NCBI GenBank assembly: GCA_965657355.1
Contig: CBFHOE010000015.1
Coordinates: 11,158-37,617, forward strand
Length of the DNA: 26,460 bases
Origin: Limisphaerales bacterium
GTDB lineage: Bacteria; Verrucomicrobiota; Verrucomicrobiia; Limisphaerales; JAJOIW01
Reading direction: 5' to 3'
Shown here: piece after piece, positions 17,610 to 26,460 of the stretch
Layout: each line of letters begins with the position of its first letter
Position numbering within the stretch: the stretch's first letter is position 1
Notes under the pieces: model-generated
What the model was told of the DNA's origin: nothing
What the model saw: only the letters and a program-made list of their open reading frames with translations
The model's database searches: none
Translations under genes and position numbers: made by a program

Positions 17610-19058
17610 ATGAAAAGATTGTTGGCATGGGTATTTGTGATCACTTTTTTTGGTGGATGCGCTAAGCCACCCAAGCCTACAGTGGCAAAACTACCAATCA
17701 CAATCCCTGGCGAGTTTTCAAAAGGTAAACCACAAAAGGAGAGCAGCCTAGATGAGACAGATTGGAATTGGGTCAAAGACTTTGACTCTGAAGAACTGGA
17801 GTCAACCATATCCAAGGCGTTGACTTATAATTATGATTTGCAGGCCGCGGCAACAAGGGTAGTCATGGCACAGGCCAATAATCTTATTACGGGGTCCAAT
17901 CGATTACCGGCTATTAACGGGTTTTTAAGAAGCTCGCGGAACAAAAGAAGCGGAAGAGACGAATTTAGTGCCTTGCGCTCAATGACAATCGATAACTTCA
18001 ATGCTGGTTTTAATTGGAATTGGGAAATTGATTTGTGGGGGCGGCTAAAAAATCAAAAACAGGCAGCCATAGCCAGCGAGCAAGCCGCCGCTGCTGATTT
18101 CAATGCAGCTCGTTTATCTATCGCAGGAGCTGTGACTAGGGCGTGGTTAGCTGTGATTGAGGCTCAAAACCAAGAAAACCTGGCTCGAGAAACTTATGAA
18201 AATTTCCTAAGCAATCAGGACATTGTTTTTAATGGCTACAAAGAGGGGATTTTCTCGGCAGTGGATTTAAGCCTGATCCGAGCTAATGTTCAGTCCTCCT
18301 TTAGTCAATGGGAGTCTAGAAAACTCAGCACGCATGAAAACAAGAGATTCCTGCAAATACTTTTAGGCGATTATCCCGACAGTAACCTGAGCTCAGGAAT
18401 AGCTCTGCCTGACTTAAAAAGGTCGGTCCCGGCGGGTTTGCCATCGGAACTCCTCAATAGAAGAACAGATCTCATTGCTGCTGAGAGAAGGCTGGCTTCT
18501 GCCATTGAAAATGAAAAAATCGCACGAAAAGGATTTTTACCCCAAATAAGTCTTACGGGAAACTATGGGGTAAATTCTCAGGAGTTGAATAACTTATTAG
18601 ACCCGGGTTCCGTGGCCTGGTCACTTGCCGGAAATCTCACACAGCCGATATTTCGTGGAGGCCAAATTTGGGGAACATGGAAATTGCGCCGGGCTCAATC
18701 ACGTTTAGCTTTGAGCGATTATGCAAGGATTGCTTTACAGGCGTTTCTCGAAGTTGAATCGGCTCTGCAAAGCGAACAAACACTTGCAGAGCAAGTAAAA
18801 GCTTTAGAATTGTCAGCAAATGAAAATGAGAGAGCCGCACAACTCGCTTGGAAGGATTACCAGCGAGGCTTGTCGGATTCGATTATTACGACACTGGAAG
18901 CAAGAAGGCGCGCCTTCAATACACGAAGCCAGTATCTCCAAACACGACGCCTTTACCTCCAAAACAGAGTGGATTTACATACCGCGCTCGGTGGACCTTT
19001 CGTGGTTGATACAACAGTTGCCGAGTCTTTTGATAAAAAAGGGAAAACCAATCCTTAA
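17610..19058 (+). CDS. Outer-membrane efflux lipoprotein (NodT/OprM/TolC family)
   Basis: Lipoprotein signal MKRLLAWVFVITFFGG-C from ATG 17610; WEIDLWGRL, PAGLPSELLNRRTDLIAAERRL and VDLHTALGG. Confidence 0.92.
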   Translation: MKRLLAWVFVITFFGGCAKPPKPTVAKLPITIPGEFSKGKPQKESSLDETDWNWVKDFDSEELESTISKALTYNYDLQAAATRVVMAQANNLITGSNRLPAINGFLRSSRNKRSGRDEFSALRSMTIDNFNAGFNWNWEIDLWGRLKNQKQAAIASEQAAAADFNAARLSIAGAVTRAWLAVIEAQNQENLARETYENFLSNQDIVFNGYKEGIFSAVDLSLIRANVQSSFSQWESRKLSTHENKRFLQILLGDYPDSNLSSGIALPDLKRSVPAGLPSELLNRRTDLIAAERRLASAIENEKIARKGFLPQISLTGNYGVNSQELNNLLDPGSVAWSLAGNLTQPIFRGGQIWGTWKLRRAQSRLALSDYARIALQAFLEVESALQSEQTLAEQVKALELSANENERAAQLAWKDYQRGLSDSIITTLEARRRAFNTRSQYLQTRRLYLQNRVDLHTALGGPFVVDTTVAESFDKKGKTNP

Positions 19059-19099
19059 ATGATCTCCGTCAAAGAATAAAAATATTTTCGATTTATAAA

Positions 19100-20363
19100 A
19101 TGAAGTGGCTCAGAATTATTCCTCCGATAGCTGTATTGGCGATTACTTTCATAGTGACCAAGGCTATAATATCTAATCCCATAGAACCACCAAAGCGACC
19201 GGCTCCAAAAAGCTTTCTTAATGTCGAAGGCAAAACCTTGTCTCCCGAGGACTACCAAGTGATTATCACGACTCAAGGTAACGTTGAGCCACATACCGAG
19301 ACAAGCATCATCCCTGAAGTCCCGGGCTATATAACCGATGTCGCTCCATCATTTCGAAATGGGGGTTTTTTCAAAAGAGGGGATGTGCTCGTCGAAATAG
19401 ATGCTCGTGATTACGAACTAGAACTCATAAATGCTCGCGCCAACCTTGCTCAAGCTAAAGCAGCATTGGAAACAGAGAAAGCCAGGGGAATTCAAGCCAA
19501 AGAGAATTGGGAAAGCTTGAAGCTGAATGAAGAGCCAACAGCACTTGTCCTAAGGGAACCACAACTAGCTGAAGCCGAAGCAAATGTGGCTTCAGCCGAA
19601 GCTAGAATCGAAAAGGCCAACCGGGATTTGGAAAGAACAAAAATTAAGGCACCGTATGATGGGAGAATTCGTGGGAAAGGAGCCGATGTCGGACAATATG
19701 TTTCACCAGGCACAGTATTGGCTCGTATTTTCGCGGTGGATTATGTGGAAATTCGATTACCTATTCCCCCCAAAGAGAGCCTCTTTTATAGACTTACCGG
19801 AGCAATTACAAAACGACACAAAAATAAAGGGGTCGAAGCCGAAAGTCATATTTAGCGTAGACGATGCAGCCAAGCCCCAAAAATGGAATGGACAGATAGT
19901 TAGAACAGAAGGAGTAATGGATATCCGAAACAGGCAAGTAATCGCAGTAGCACAAATTGACAACCCTTACTCTCCGACTTCCCCAGACCAGAGCCCACTT
20001 AAAATCGGACAGTTTGTTCGTGCTGAAATAAGCGGCGAAACTCTCAAAAATCATTTTGTCATCCCTAGAAGTACAGTGAAAGAGGATGCTCATGTCTACC
20101 TTATTGATGAGACCAACAAGCTAGTCAAAAAAGAAGTTAGTATCGTCTGGGCCGACGCAATTTCGGATAAAGTCGTTGTTACTGGTAATTTTAAAAAAGG
20201 AGATATTCTTTGCATAACTCCCATACCATTTGCTCAAAGTGGGATGCAGGTTAACCCTACTATTGATGGCAAGGCTCCAGCCATGCCCAAAAGGCCGGCA
20301 GGCCAAAAAAAACCCGGCATCAAGGGGGATGAAAAAAACAGGGAGCAAGCCCAAAAAAAATAG
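19100..20363 (+). pseudogene. RND periplasmic adaptor (MFP) split by a one-base frameshift at about 19766-19780; 420 aa if repaired
   Basis: ORF 19100-19855 carries the N-terminal anchor, lipoyl half (IIPEVPGYI, FFKRGDVLVEID), alpha-hairpin and LERTKIKAPYDG up to VEIRLPIP. The +1 frame (ORF 19584-20363) continues ASFIDLP, WNGQIVRTEG, LKIGQFVRAEISG and VIPRSTV. It may be an assembly error rather than a true pseudogene. Confidence 0.85.
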
Positions 20364-20415
20364 AATTAATCGCGAATATAATTAAGTCTTTAAAATATCC
20401 AACTGAGAGAAAAAT

Positions 20416-23400
20416 ATGAACGGAATTATTGCCTGGTTTTGTAAAAATGGAGTTGCCGCAAACCTTTTGATGGTAGCTATTTTCTTATCAGGATTTAGCA
20501 CTCTTTTTATGAGTATTCCGACTGAGGTTTTCCCTGAGTTTGAATTAGACATGGTCACAGTCCGTGTTCCATTTCGGGGTGCTACACCTGGTGATGTTGA
20601 AGAAGGCGTCGTCATCAAAATCGAAGAAGCTATCCAAGACCTTGAAGGCATAAAAAAAATGAACTCAACAGCGTCTGAAGGCGCTGGGGTCGTCACACTT
20701 GAAATCGAAAAAGGTTACGATACGCGTGACATGCTCGATGATATAAAAAACCGTGTCGATGCGATTAACACTTTCCCATCAGACACCGAAAAACCAGTCA
20801 TCAGTTTAGCTCAGCGGAGAGGTTCTGTGATTAGTGTCGTCATTTCTGCGGACATGAGTGAAAAAGACCTCAAAGAACTCGGCAAGCTAATCCGCGAAGA
20901 AATTATCGCTCTGCCCCGAGTTACCCAAGCCAGCCTCCAGGGCACGCGTCCATATGAAGTTACAATTGAAGTTTCTGAAAATACACTAAGAAAATATAAT
21001 CTCACATTGGAGGATGTGAGAATTGCAATATCACAATCATCACTGGATCTACCAGCTGGCCGCATTCAGACTGATGGAGGAGACGTCTTACTTCGCACAA
21101 AGGGCCAAGCCTATGCAAAAAACGATTTTGAGAAAATCGTACTTATCGCCAATGAAGACGGAACCCTCGTTACCGTTGGGGATATAGCAAAAGTGATTGA
21201 TGGGTTTGAAGAAAACCCGCTCATAACAAAATATAACGATAAAAATTGCGTTCTCGTATATGTTTCACGGGTTGGCAACCAAAATGCCATTACGCTTGCA
21301 AAAGACGTAAAAAATTACATCGAGAAAAGAAAATCAACCCTACCTGATGGTGTGGAGATTGGCTATTGGGACGATCGCTCACGGATTGTTTCTGCTCGTT
21401 TGAAGACGCTTGGTAGCGGTGCGATGATGGGAATGCTTTTGGTTTTTGTTGTCCTTACACTCTTTTTGAGGCCTTGGCTTGCCTTTTGGGTTTGCATCGG
21501 AATTCCTGTTTGCTTTAGTGGATGTTTGGCATTTATGCCTCACCTGGGAGCAACCATAAACATGTTTAGTTTATTTGGATTTATTCTGGTGCTTGGGATT
21601 CTCGTGGATGATGCCATTGTGACTGGTGAAAATATTTTTGCACACCAGCGGCTTTATAACAAAGACCCCGAAAGGGCTGCTATTGAAGGCGCACAAGAGG
21701 TAGCAGTTCCCGTTATTTTTGGGGTTTTAACAACTGTTGTAGCTTTTATTCCTTTACTCATGGGGGCAGGTATCCGAGGTAAAATTTTTGCTCAGATTGC
21801 ATTGGTCGTTATTCCGGTTTTACTTTTCTCGTTAGTGGAATCCAAACTTATACTTCCGGCTCATTTAAAACATATCAAACTGCGCAAGCCGAAGGAGAAA
21901 AGTAAAAGGAGCCCAATAGAAATTGTTCAGGATTTCTTTGCCGATGGCTTGGAAAAAGTGGCAGACAATTTTTATCAACCTTTACTCAAGGTTGCATGCA
22001 CTCATAGATATTTTACGTTCACTATTTTCTTCGGAATTGCAGCTTTGATTTTCAGCCTGATTGCCTCAAACAGAATTATCTTTTCTCCCTTTCCAAGAAT
22101 TGCCAGTGAAACAGCAACCGCAAGCCTGGCAATGCAAGAGGGAACTCCAATCGAAACAACCTCAAAATATATGGAAAGAGTCCGGCTCGCAGCCGAAGAC
22201 ATTCGAAAAAAATATACGGACCCAACAACAGGACAAAGTATGATTAAGGCGATTCTTTCAACTACGGGCGGCCGAGGTTTTGGGAGCCGAGGAGGATCAT
22301 CATCGACGTCCGGGCAGTCTCATCTGGGCGAGGTATCCATTCGACTACTGCCACCTGAAGAAAGGACTCTGGAATTTGATAGTAGGCAGCTCGTTGGTGA
22401 ATGGCGATCAATGATAGGACTTATTCCTGGGGCTCAAAGTCTCAGCTTCCGGGCAGAAATCGGAAGGGGCTCTGACCCTATAGATATCCAGCTGACCGGC
22501 CAGTCATTTGAAGATATGAAATTAGCTTCATCACAAATAAAAGAAATTCTTGCGACCTACCCAAATCTCTTTGATATCTCAGACTCATTTGAAGGCGGAA
22601 AGCCAGAAATAAAACTTTCAATCAAACCAGAAGCAAATATATACAACATTAGCCAGAGGCAATTAGCTAATCAGGCACGAGATGCATTCTTCGGCGGGGA
22701 AGCTCAAAGAATCCAAAGAGGTCAGGACGATGTGAGGGTGATGGTGAGGTATCCCGAAGACGAACGAAAGTCGATTGCCAATTTAGAGAATATGCGCATC
22801 CGTGCAAACACGGGCGACCGAGCAGAAATTCCTTTCAGTACCGTAGCGGACGCTTCAATGGGCAGATCATTTAGCAGCATTACTCGAATAGACAGGAATA
22901 GGGCGATCAATGTCACATCCGATGCCGATAAAGAAAAAGCCAACTTAGAGGCGATCAAAAAAAATCTCATACTGGAGCTAGACAACATAGTTTCTCAATA
23001 CCCGGGAATGGCTTATTCGCTTGAAGGTGAAGCTCGGGAACAATCCGAACAATTGGAAAACCTTAGGCTCGGGGGCATCATTGTCTTTTTTGCCATTTAC
23101 GCCATGCTTGCCATTCCGTTTAAGTCCTATTTTCAGCCATTTATCGTTATGTCAGTTATTCCATTCGGGCTTGTGGGAGCCGTTTTAGGTCATATGATTA
23201 TGGGATATAGCCTTAGCATGATGTCGCTTTTTGGTATGTTGGCACTCTCGGGGGTTGTCGTGAATGACAGCCTAGTCATGGTGGACTATATTAATCGCAG
23301 AAGGAGAGAAGGAATGCCTCTGAGAGAGGCCGTTGCAACTGCAGGTGTCCGACGATTTCGAGCCATTCTCTTAACTTCAATAACGACTTTTGCTGGGCTT

Positions 23401-23625
23401 ATCCCATTGATGTTTGAAAAGAGCACTCAAGCTCAGTTTGTGATACCGATGGGTATTTCCCTGGGTTGGGGAATCATGTTTGCTACAGCTGTGACATTGA
23501 TCTTGGTCCCCATAAGTTATCTTTTTCTTGAGGACATCAAGTATCTCCTATCCCGATACTGGAGCTGGCAAATGGGAAGAACTCCAGCATCTAGAGAAAA
23601 AACAGAGCAACTAACGAGTCATTAA
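20416..23625 (+). CDS. RND efflux permease (AcrB/AcrD/AcrF family), 1069 aa
   Basis: NGVAANLLM, GILVDDAIVTGEN (TM4), GVVVNDSLVMVD (TM10), RFRAILLTSITT (TM11), two large periplasmic loops, and position third in an OMF-MFP-RND operon. Confidence 0.95.
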   Translation: MNGIIAWFCKNGVAANLLMVAIFLSGFSTLFMSIPTEVFPEFELDMVTVRVPFRGATPGDVEEGVVIKIEEAIQDLEGIKKMNSTASEGAGVVTLEIEKGYDTRDMLDDIKNRVDAINTFPSDTEKPVISLAQRRGSVISVVISADMSEKDLKELGKLIREEIIALPRVTQASLQGTRPYEVTIEVSENTLRKYNLTLEDVRIAISQSSLDLPAGRIQTDGGDVLLRTKGQAYAKNDFEKIVLIANEDGTLVTVGDIAKVIDGFEENPLITKYNDKNCVLVYVSRVGNQNAITLAKDVKNYIEKRKSTLPDGVEIGYWDDRSRIVSARLKTLGSGAMMGMLLVFVVLTLFLRPWLAFWVCIGIPVCFSGCLAFMPHLGATINMFSLFGFILVLGILVDDAIVTGENIFAHQRLYNKDPERAAIEGAQEVAVPVIFGVLTTVVAFIPLLMGAGIRGKIFAQIALVVIPVLLFSLVESKLILPAHLKHIKLRKPKEKSKRSPIEIVQDFFADGLEKVADNFYQPLLKVACTHRYFTFTIFFGIAALIFSLIASNRIIFSPFPRIASETATASLAMQEGTPIETTSKYMERVRLAAEDIRKKYTDPTTGQSMIKAILSTTGGRGFGSRGGSSSTSGQSHLGEVSIRLLPPEERTLEFDSRQLVGEWRSMIGLIPGAQSLSFRAEIGRGSDPIDIQLTGQSFEDMKLASSQIKEILATYPNLFDISDSFEGGKPEIKLSIKPEANIYNISQRQLANQARDAFFGGEAQRIQRGQDDVRVMVRYPEDERKSIANLENMRIRANTGDRAEIPFSTVADASMGRSFSSITRIDRNRAINVTSDADKEKANLEAIKKNLILELDNIVSQYPGMAYSLEGEAREQSEQLENLRLGGIIVFFAIYAMLAIPFKSYFQPFIVMSVIPFGLVGAVLGHMIMGYSLSMMSLFGMLALSGVVVNDSLVMVDYINRRRREGMPLREAVATAGVRRFRAILLTSITTFAGLIPLMFEKSTQAQFVIPMGISLGWGIMFATAVTLILVPISYLFLEDIKYLLSRYWSWQMGRTPASREKTEQLTSH

Positions 23626-23651
23626 TTCCTCATACTAATTCAGCTTGGAAC

Positions 23652-23680
23652 TTGCTTAAAACAGTGGGCTCAGGCATTCT
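23652..23680 (+). promoter_or_regulatory. Candidate sigma70-type promoter
   Basis: TTGCTT (23652-23657), 17-nt spacer, CATTCT (23675-23680); the ATG follows at 23687. Confidence 0.3.
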
Positions 23681-23686
23681 TTGTGT

Positions 23687-24340
23687 ATGCGGTCTTTGTT
23701 TTTCAGTCTTATAGTTTTATGTGGTTTTGGTGCCACCAAAACCTCTTTTTCCATCGAAAAAACTGAAGCTCAAATAAAATACGAGCGAAACGCATTTATG
23801 GCCAATTTCGGGCGAATCCAAGACTCGGTCGATAATCTCCAACGAAATTTTTTGGATCAGCGAAAATCATTGGGGGACCTCGAATCCAAAATTTCGAGGA
23901 TTGAGAACCAGCTCAAGAATAAGAAGGAAGTCGACACCTCAAAATTTGCCACCAAGAAAGACCTTTTATTAATCAAGGCAGACATCGAAAAGTTCAACAA
24001 GCAGTGGAGTGAGGACCAAAACAGACTCAGCAGCCAAATCCAAAAAGATATTGAAGATCTCAAGGCTTTGATTCTCGAGCTCAACCAGCCCAAAAGAGGC
24101 GGTCTAGCCATGGAACAAGCTCCGAAAAAACCTGCGAAAATGAAATATCCTGGATTTATTAATTGGGAAATTAGGCCGGGCGATAATTTTTCTGTGATAG
24201 CCAGGGAAATGAATAGAGCTCATGGGCTTAATTTATCATTAAATGATATTCAAAAGGCGAATCCAAAGGTCAATTCCCGAAAATTGACAATTAAGCAAAT
24301 TATCAAAGTGCCCGTTCCATTGGATTTCCAAACTGACTGA
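23687..24340 (+). CDS. Exported coiled-coil protein with C-terminal LysM peptidoglycan-binding domain
   Basis: Hydrophobic N-terminus, heptad-rich middle, and C-terminal WEIRPGDNFSVIAR...LNDIQKANP...LTIKQIIKVP matching the LysM pattern. Confidence 0.8.
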   Translation: MRSLFFSLIVLCGFGATKTSFSIEKTEAQIKYERNAFMANFGRIQDSVDNLQRNFLDQRKSLGDLESKISRIENQLKNKKEVDTSKFATKKDLLLIKADIEKFNKQWSEDQNRLSSQIQKDIEDLKALILELNQPKRGGLAMEQAPKKPAKMKYPGFINWEIRPGDNFSVIAREMNRAHGLNLSLNDIQKANPKVNSRKLTIKQIIKVPVPLDFQTD

Positions 24341-24373
24341 TTTAAGTTTTTGTCTTAACGGATCGCTGACTCA

Positions 24374-25492
24374 ATGAAGCGCAGAAATTTTTATAAAGCC
24401 TTCGTCAGTCCTCTGCTTTTTCGTATTTCCCCGGAAGTGGCCCATAATATGACCATTTCGGGTTTATCTGCCCTCGCCCACTTACCGAATCAGTCATTTT
24501 TTTTCCGGGATCTTTTTAAGGTAAACACTATCCCAACGAATTGCTTTGGTGTAGATTTTCCGAACCCGATCGGATTGGCAGCAGGTATGGATAAAAAATG
24601 TGCCGCTCTTCCTGTCTGGGAATCAATGGGGTTTGGGTTCGCAGAAATGGGCGGGGTCACGCAACACGAGCAGCCGGGTAATGTCGGGCCCAGAATGTTC
24701 CGAGTGCAGTCTCACCAAGCCATCATAAACCGAATGGGATTCAACAACCCTGGAGCAGATGCCATTGCCGAACAGCTGGAAGAGTTTATAGACAGGAATC
24801 TATGGCCAGAGCATCCCATAGCCTTTAACCTAGGAAAATCCAAAATCACCGACTTGGAAAAAGCGTGGATGGATTACCTGTATTCCTTTAAAAAACTCAG
24901 AGATTTTGCTGACTTCTTCGTCGTCAATGTAAGCTCGCCGAATACCGAAGGCCTTCGATCGCTTCAAGAAAAGGACTCCCTTCTCAAAATCCTAAAAACT
25001 CTGGCAGAGGAAAACAAATCGTCGAAAAAAGAAATCCCTATTCTTGTAAAAATATCTCCAGACCTTAAGAAAGATGAAATAATGGATGTCATGTCAGTAG
25101 TGACTGATTTGAGCTTGGCCGGTATCGTGGCCACAAATACCACGACCCAGCGCCCGACATTATCTAAAAGGCCTCCTGCTGCTACTTACAAAGAAAAAGG
25201 TGGGTTGTCAGGGGCTCCTCTGGAGTCACGATCCAATGAGGTTATTGAATTTATTTCCCGCCATTCCAAGGGCAAGATTCCAATAATAGGCGTTGGTGGG
25301 ATTCACGATTTTGAGTCTCTAATGAACAAATTTAAAGCTGGAGCCAGTCTTGCGCAAATCTACACTGCCCTGGTTTACGAAGGCCCTTTATTTGTTCCAA
25401 ATCTACTAAAAAATCTCCAGAAATATATGGATGAAGAGGGTATTTCTGACATATCTCAAGTTCATCCATCCCACAACCTCACCCAAATATAA
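24374..25492 (+). CDS. pyrD: Quinone-dependent (class 2) dihydroorotate dehydrogenase, 372 aa
   Basis: PEVAH, FPNPIGLAAGMDK, INRMGFNNPG, NVSSPNT (catalytic Ser), VKISPDL, ATNTT, GGLSGAPL and IIGVGGI. Confidence 0.96.
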   Translation: MKRRNFYKAFVSPLLFRISPEVAHNMTISGLSALAHLPNQSFFFRDLFKVNTIPTNCFGVDFPNPIGLAAGMDKKCAALPVWESMGFGFAEMGGVTQHEQPGNVGPRMFRVQSHQAIINRMGFNNPGADAIAEQLEEFIDRNLWPEHPIAFNLGKSKITDLEKAWMDYLYSFKKLRDFADFFVVNVSSPNTEGLRSLQEKDSLLKILKTLAEENKSSKKEIPILVKISPDLKKDEIMDVMSVVTDLSLAGIVATNTTTQRPTLSKRPPAATYKEKGGLSGAPLESRSNEVIEFISRHSKGKIPIIGVGGIHDFESLMNKFKAGASLAQIYTALVYEGPLFVPNLLKNLQKYMDEEGISDISQVHPSHNLTQI

Positions 25493-25540
25493 TTATCTTT
25501 GGGAGTTATATGGGGATTCGTTAGATAGTAAGCGGATTTT

Positions 25541-25864
25541 TTAGGATTCGAAAGGGTCTTCGTTTTGCGAATTCTTTGGATCGGAATTCTGGTTCCAAAG
25601 TTGGGGTTCAAAATCAGTCCACCTGCTCTTATGAAATCTAGCGACCTGTTTCATGATGAGATGATAAAATATGAATCCGAGTGTTGTTCCGATAATGATA
25701 AGCGTCATCAACCACTTGGTTTTCTTGATAGCTCCCATCTCAAAAGAGTCTGAGAACAAATGAGCCCAAATGGAGGTAGCGCCAATGATGGCCACGATAA
25801 AAATAATACCGAGCAGCGATACGGCCACCAGGGCTTTTCCAAACTTGGCCAGATCCATCCTCAT
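25541..25864 (-). CDS. Small hypothetical membrane protein with two predicted TM helices, 107 aa
   Basis: Two hydrophobic stretches (ALVAVSLLGIIFIVAIIGA; WLMTLIIIGTTLGFIFYHLIM) and a polar tail. It fills the gap convergent with pyrD and has a purine-rich GAGGG just before the ATG. Confidence 0.7.
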   Translation of the reverse strand: MRMDLAKFGKALVAVSLLGIIFIVAIIGATSIWAHLFSDSFEMGAIKKTKWLMTLIIIGTTLGFIFYHLIMKQVARFHKSRWTDFEPQLWNQNSDPKNSQNEDPFES

Positions 25865-25992
25865 CCCTCGCAGTGAAAATAACCGAAAAGGTCAGCTTCT
25901 TGAAGGAATTTTAAAATAAGTGTAGAGCCCGGTAGGAAAGATACCAACCCGTTATCTGAGATACGCTTTCGGTTGAATCAGCTAGATATGGA

Positions 25993-26460
25993 TTAGTCAG
26001 CGTAAATCGTCGTTTCAGGGAGAACGTCTTTACCCGGACCAGGATAATTAATCATGGAGGTGATCTTTTTAGGATTCACTATTCCCTTGCCGCCATCCTT
26101 CAGGGAAAACATAAGAGCAGGATTGTCGAAAAGGTGAGCAAAGAATATTTTCCCCTCTGGACCACTCTTTTTGGGAACCTGAAGTTTTAGAAAAATTTTT
26201 CGACCACTTAAAAGGTTTAGTTGGAGAAAAACCAAAATAGTTTCGCCTGCATTGGCATGGCGAGCGGCTACTCTTTCCTCCGGAGCCATGTCACCGAATT
26301 CTTTTTCGAACTCCTCTTGGGTGATTTCCATGAGTTGGTCTTCAAGATCATTTAATCCATGTTCGTCAGGAGAGGAAGACCTCAGCGAGATATATTCGAC
26401 CGATTCACCTTGAATATTTATGACACTAAACTCGGTGGAAAAAATGAGTGTTTTAGCAGA
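25993..26460 (-). CDS. Hypothetical protein, 5' end probably beyond the right edge of the window
   Basis: The frame of the listed 112-aa ORF stays open for 43 more codons to the window edge (SAKTLIFSTEFSVINIQGESVEYISLRSSSPDEHGLNDLEDQL-M), so ATG 26331 is probably internal. Confidence 0.7.
   Translation of the reverse strand, partial: SAKTLIFSTEFSVINIQGESVEYISLRSSSPDEHGLNDLEDQLMEITQEEFEKEFGDMAPEERVAARHANAGETILVFLQLNLLSGRKIFLKLQVPKKSGPEGKIFFAHLFDNPALMFSLKDGGKGIVNPKKITSMINYPGPGKDVLPETTIYAD

Noticed and set aside
20353..20360. A8 run as a second phase-variable tract
   Set aside because: It sits in the last codons of the MFP tail, so a length change would barely alter the protein.
19584..20363. 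ORF 19584-20363 as an independent gene
   Set aside because: Its first ~60 residues are an out-of-frame reading of the MFP N-terminal half. Only the part after ~19772 is MFP-like.
16542..25753. Other short ORFs overlapping the dehydratase, OMF, MFP, RND, LysM and membrane-protein genes
   Set aside because: They are shadow ORFs with no independent evidence.

Overview
Bacterial chromosomal window, probably from a PVC-superphylum organism, most likely Verrucomicrobiota (inferred from gene content only). From left to right it holds an addB-addA helicase-nuclease pair (- strand, addA runs off the left edge), trhO, and a - strand three-gene operon encoding a two-CXXCH DUF1592-family cytochrome c protein, a Tat-signal DUF1552 protein and a secreted ankyrin protein. 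Next come a GH97 glycosidase with a non-canonical catalytic signature, a decayed NAD-dependent epimerase remnant, a secreted hypothetical protein and a stand-alone cis-3-hydroxy-L-proline dehydratase-like enolase. The right part has an OMF-MFP-RND efflux operon whose adaptor gene is split by a one-base frameshift near a C6 run, a coiled-coil/LysM protein, pyrD and two - strand hypotheticals, the last running off the right edge. I saw no rRNA, tRNA, CRISPR array or mobile element. The best candidate for an uncharacterised system is the DUF1592-DUF1552-ankyrin operon with its structured upstream region. All family calls come from motif recognition by eye; no searches or folding programs were run.
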